Part shown: positions 61,085 to 64,000 of the stretch, in pieces
Numbering within the stretch: the first letter of the stretch is position 1
How the letters are laid out: each line of letters starts with the position of its first letter
Origin: an uncultured Chloroflexia bacterium
GTDB taxonomy: Bacteria; Chloroflexota; Anaerolineae; CG2-30-64-16
Assembly (NCBI GenBank): GCA_963810095.1
Contig: CAWEMM010000009.1
Coordinates: forward strand, 160,001 to 224,000
DNA length: 64,000 nucleotides
Direction: 5' to 3'
Program-made: the position numbers and the translations under genes
Notes under the pieces: generated by a model
Database searches by the model: none
What the model was told of the DNA's origin: nothing
Seen by the model: the letters and a program-made list of their open reading frames with translations, nothing else

Positions 61085-62218
61085 TCAGACCGAGTCGAGA
61101 AGGGCCCAGGCTTCGCGGGCCATGACCGCCTCGAACGGGTCAGGCATGGGAGCATCCGCGCCCTGGCTGACCGCGCTCGCGCCACCTCGGGCAATTTCGA
61201 GGTTGCTCATGACCAGGCGGAACAGGCCGATCCGAAGGGCTGCACCGGCCGCGAAGCCGAAGCGCACCTGCTGGGCATCGACACGGCAGCCACTATCGCG
61301 GAGGCCGTCCACGTAGGATTGGAAGAGGCGGTCGGCTACTTGTTCCGGAGGCGAGGCAGTGAGGCTGCTCTGGGCGCCGAGGGTGAGTTGGCCCAGGTCG
61401 CTGCCGAGCGGTTCGAGGCCCACGAGCGCCCAGTCGAGGGCAACTGTCTCTTCTTCTCCGCCCGGCCCCAGGCGCGATACGAGGTTGGTGGGGTAGGTGT
61501 CACCATGACTGAGGGCCAGTGGCAATGTGTCGAGCCGGGCGAGGAAGCGATCGCGGGCGGCAAGCATCCGACGAAACGGATCGGCCTCGCCCCCAGGATA
61601 CCGGGCCGCGACCAGCGGGTGATCCCAGGGGATGTCCTGCAACTCGGGCGTCGCCAGCCACTGCCGGTGCCGCTCGCGGCTCAACCAGGGATAGGCCGGC
61701 AATCCATCCCCAGACGAATACAGGCCGTTGAGCCGGCCCAGATGCCGGGCGGCCAGGGCGTACCGATCGAGGGACCAGCCGGTGCTCTGTGCGGAGCCAA
61801 GGTCTTCCAGCCATAGCGCTGCCATGTCGCCCGGCAAGTCAACGGCCTCGTAGCAACTGGGGGCAGCGAGCCCCGGTGGAAGAGAATCAAGGAGGCCCAC
61901 CCGGTAGGCCAGCACCTCGCGGCGCCAATAGTTCCAGTGCCCCTGGTTGTCCCCCTCGCCCATGTTCGTCCAGCCGGAATTGGCCGGGGACTGGATCAGC
62001 TTCAAGATCACCGACCACGGCAAGTCGCGGGCGCCGTCATGTGCGGTGCCTTCAATGCGGTAGACGCCAAGGCTGACCGGGTTCCCAAAGCCTCCGCCGA
62101 GCTGGCACACATGCCAGTCGGTGACTTGCAGGTTAGCGAGGTGCAGCGACTTCCTGACGACCGGCTTGAGAGTGGACTCGTCCAGGGCCGATAAGATGGG
62201 GGGAAGGGAGTTCGTCAT
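61085..62218 (-). CDS. Phosphotransferase (APH/choline kinase-like)
   Basis: VILK, WRREVLAY, LWLEDL, LSHGDTYPTN and ALDWALVG. Confidence 0.82.
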   Translation of the reverse strand: MTNSLPPILSALDESTLKPVVRKSLHLANLQVTDWHVCQLGGGFGNPVSLGVYRIEGTAHDGARDLPWSVILKLIQSPANSGWTNMGEGDNQGHWNYWRREVLAYRVGLLDSLPPGLAAPSCYEAVDLPGDMAALWLEDLGSAQSTGWSLDRYALAARHLGRLNGLYSSGDGLPAYPWLSRERHRQWLATPELQDIPWDHPLVAARYPGGEADPFRRMLAARDRFLARLDTLPLALSHGDTYPTNLVSRLGPGGEEETVALDWALVGLEPLGSDLGQLTLGAQSSLTASPPEQVADRLFQSYVDGLRDSGCRVDAQQVRFGFAAGAALRIGLFRLVMSNLEIARGGASAVSQGADAPMPDPFEAVMAREAWALLDSV

Positions 62219-62362
62219 GCTCAATCTTTCTCCTGCGCCCTCGCTGCCAAGGTAGGGCAGCGAGTTCGGAACGGTAACACGAGTGATATACAAACGCAAG
62301 AGCAAACCACGAGGGCGCGGTGCGGGAGGTTTTGGAACACGAAGGCTCGAAGGTTGAAGGAG

Positions 62363-62414
62363 AGCACGAAGCGGGAAGTGCGCGAAGCACGAAGCGGGAA
62401 GTGCGGGAAGCACG
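62363..62414 (+). repeat. 23-bp tandem repeat, about 2.3 units
   Basis: AGCACGAAGCGGGAAGTGCGCGA / AGCACGAAGCGGGAAGTGCGGGA / AGCACG. Confidence 0.7.
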
Positions 62415-62502
62415 CATACCGATGCGGCAGCCTTCGTGCTTTGCGTCTTTGCCGCGTCTTATAGTCTAGACCTTCACCCCAGGCTGGTGGACAACGAGGG
62501 AT

Positions 62503-62600
62503 GAAATGGGACACTGATTGAACGGATTCGACTGATTATCACGGTTTCTGACCGAAGACAGTGCAGATCAGTTCAATCAGTTGCATCAGCGTCCTATTTC
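62503..62600 (-). repeat. Inverted-repeat element family B, copy 3 (inverted)
   Basis: GAAATGGGACACTGAT...ATCAGCGTCCTATTTC. Similarity to copy 1 extends about 20 bp beyond one end. Confidence 0.75.
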
Positions 62601-62659
62601 AGATCGGTGTTCCAAACCACCAAAGGTCGCCCCAACAGACAGGGTCTTGCCGGCCGCTT

Positions 62660-64000
62660 TCAGCAGCTTGCGATCACTCGCCGGAAGAACTCCACGCAGC
62701 GCGGGCGCGTGGTGGTCAAACATAAAGAGCTCCCGCTGCCGCCAGGTGTTTTGCTGCACCTGCGCCAGCCGCGGACCGGTCGCGAATCTGCTCGCCCAGG
62801 TCGTGGATGTCTTTGAACAGGAACCCGGTTTCCAGGCGCCGGACGACGGTCTGGGTGGCGACGATGGACCCCGTGTTGTCACCCTGAAGCTGGGGCACGC
62901 CGCTGACCGCCAGCGTGGCCAACCGGGCCGGGATGTTCAGATCGTCCCAGTTCGAGCGGCGGATTTCGCCCTGATTCTCGCTCTTGAAGAAGTGCAGCCA
63001 GCCGGCGTCGTATTGGCTGAACTCGGCCAACCAGCGGTCCTGGCTGACGTTTGCGTGAAGGTGTAGGTGGCGCGGCGCCAGGCTCCCGGCCTTCTCGATC
63101 CACTGCTTCCATTGGCCCTGGGTGAAGTCGCCGTAGAAGTGCAGGTGGATGCCCTCGCGCGCCAGTTCCTCGACCGTGTGAGGGTGAAGGCCGATGGGCC
63201 GGCCCGGCACCACCGTGTGGATTTCGCCGTCTTGCTCCGACAGCCGCGGCGAACGCTCGCCGAGGAACCAGTCCTGTTTGGGCAGGTCGCCGTCCAGCAC
63301 CAGCACGGGCCGGCCGTCGTCCTTGATCCCAGGCAGCACGGTCTCCGTCCACTGCTGCATTTCGTCCGAGCAATAGATCAGGGCGTCCGCCCCCCGGTAC
63401 AGGTCGACCATCTGCTGCCAGTGGCCCTTTTCCAGGGAGATGAACGGCCCTTCCTTGTAATGCCAGACGAACGGAATGCCGGGGTTCGCTTTCAATACCT
63501 CGTGGCAGAACGGCACGGCCTGCCAGTTGAGCAGCGCGTAGATCACGTCAGGCTGCAACTCGCGCACGGCCTGCTGCCAGTTCTCGCGCGGCAGGTCCTT
63601 CACATGCCCGAAGGCCAGCGGACCGACCGCGTTATACCAGTACGGCTCGTCCATCCACAGGCCGTACAGCTCGTGCCCGAGCTCCTCCAGCGCCATCACC
63701 CGGTCCGCGTTATAGGCCAACTCGCCCACTAGCAGGATCCTGAGGCCGTCGGGTGCCCGCGGCGTGTCGGGCCGCGAGGTGTAGCGGGCGTACTGCTTCT
63801 CTTCGTCGATGAAGTTGCCGACCGTGGTATGGAAACGCAGCGGGCCCTTAACGTCGTAATACTGGCGGTAAGGCATGATGCCCCCCACCGGCTCGCGCAC
63901 GATCTTGTGTCGCTGACGGGGGTGGTCGACCCATTCGCAGGTTAGCTGGCCGGTGTTCACGAAGGCGCCGCGCGCCCGCAGGCGCGCCCACATCATGCGC
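62660..64000 (-). CDS. Glycosyltransferase-like protein, 5'-partial; frameshifts near 62770 and 62700
   Basis: LRILLVGELAYN, PDVIYALLNW and FSQYDAGWLH (GT-B-like). True end probably HAPALVEFFRRVIASC-stop at 62660. Confidence 0.65.

Noticed and set aside
62363-62414. Possible mini-CRISPR array
   Set aside because: The units are directly adjacent with no spacers, and there are no cas genes.
62586-62882. Glycosyltransferase C-terminus running into repeat family B
   Set aside because: A one-base correction gives a natural end (VEFFRRVIASC-stop) at 62660, before the repeat.

Overview
High-GC chromosomal window of about 56 genes, most consistent with a Chloroflexota bacterium (Anaerolineae/Caldilineae-like). 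The taxonomic call is an inference from a C-terminal 'YRIFLPLIQR' motif, MalT-like and AAA-LuxR regulators, and the sigma/zinc-finger anti-sigma pair. I found no rRNA, tRNA, CRISPR array, transposase or phage module. About 15 genes, including sucA and sucB, carry single-base frameshifts that look like uncorrected long-read errors, so I rebuilt those genes across frames by eye. Recognisable content includes two-component and LuxR regulators, membrane DUF genes, an SRPBCC/Zn-dehydrogenase pair, a GH13 glucosidase, an ABC1 kinase, glucokinase, sucA/sucB and polysaccharide genes. The best candidates for undescribed biology are: (1) a LacI-headed cluster of a GDP-mannose 3,5-epimerase-like enzyme, a divergent GHMP kinase and a tandem nucleotidyltransferase, possibly a rare-sugar salvage route; (2) an ECF42 sigma unit with its cognate promoter followed by YCII, BNR beta-propeller and ubiquitin-like MoaD/ThiS genes; (3) a stand-alone protein resembling the primase PriL C-terminal domain; (4) a heme A synthase homologue missing three of four conserved histidines; (5) a fasciclin protein flanked by duplicated domains, with a CarH/LitR-like operator; and (6) two dispersed ~100-bp inverted-repeat element families plus smaller palindromic repeats. 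All family assignments come from motif recognition by eye, not from database searches.
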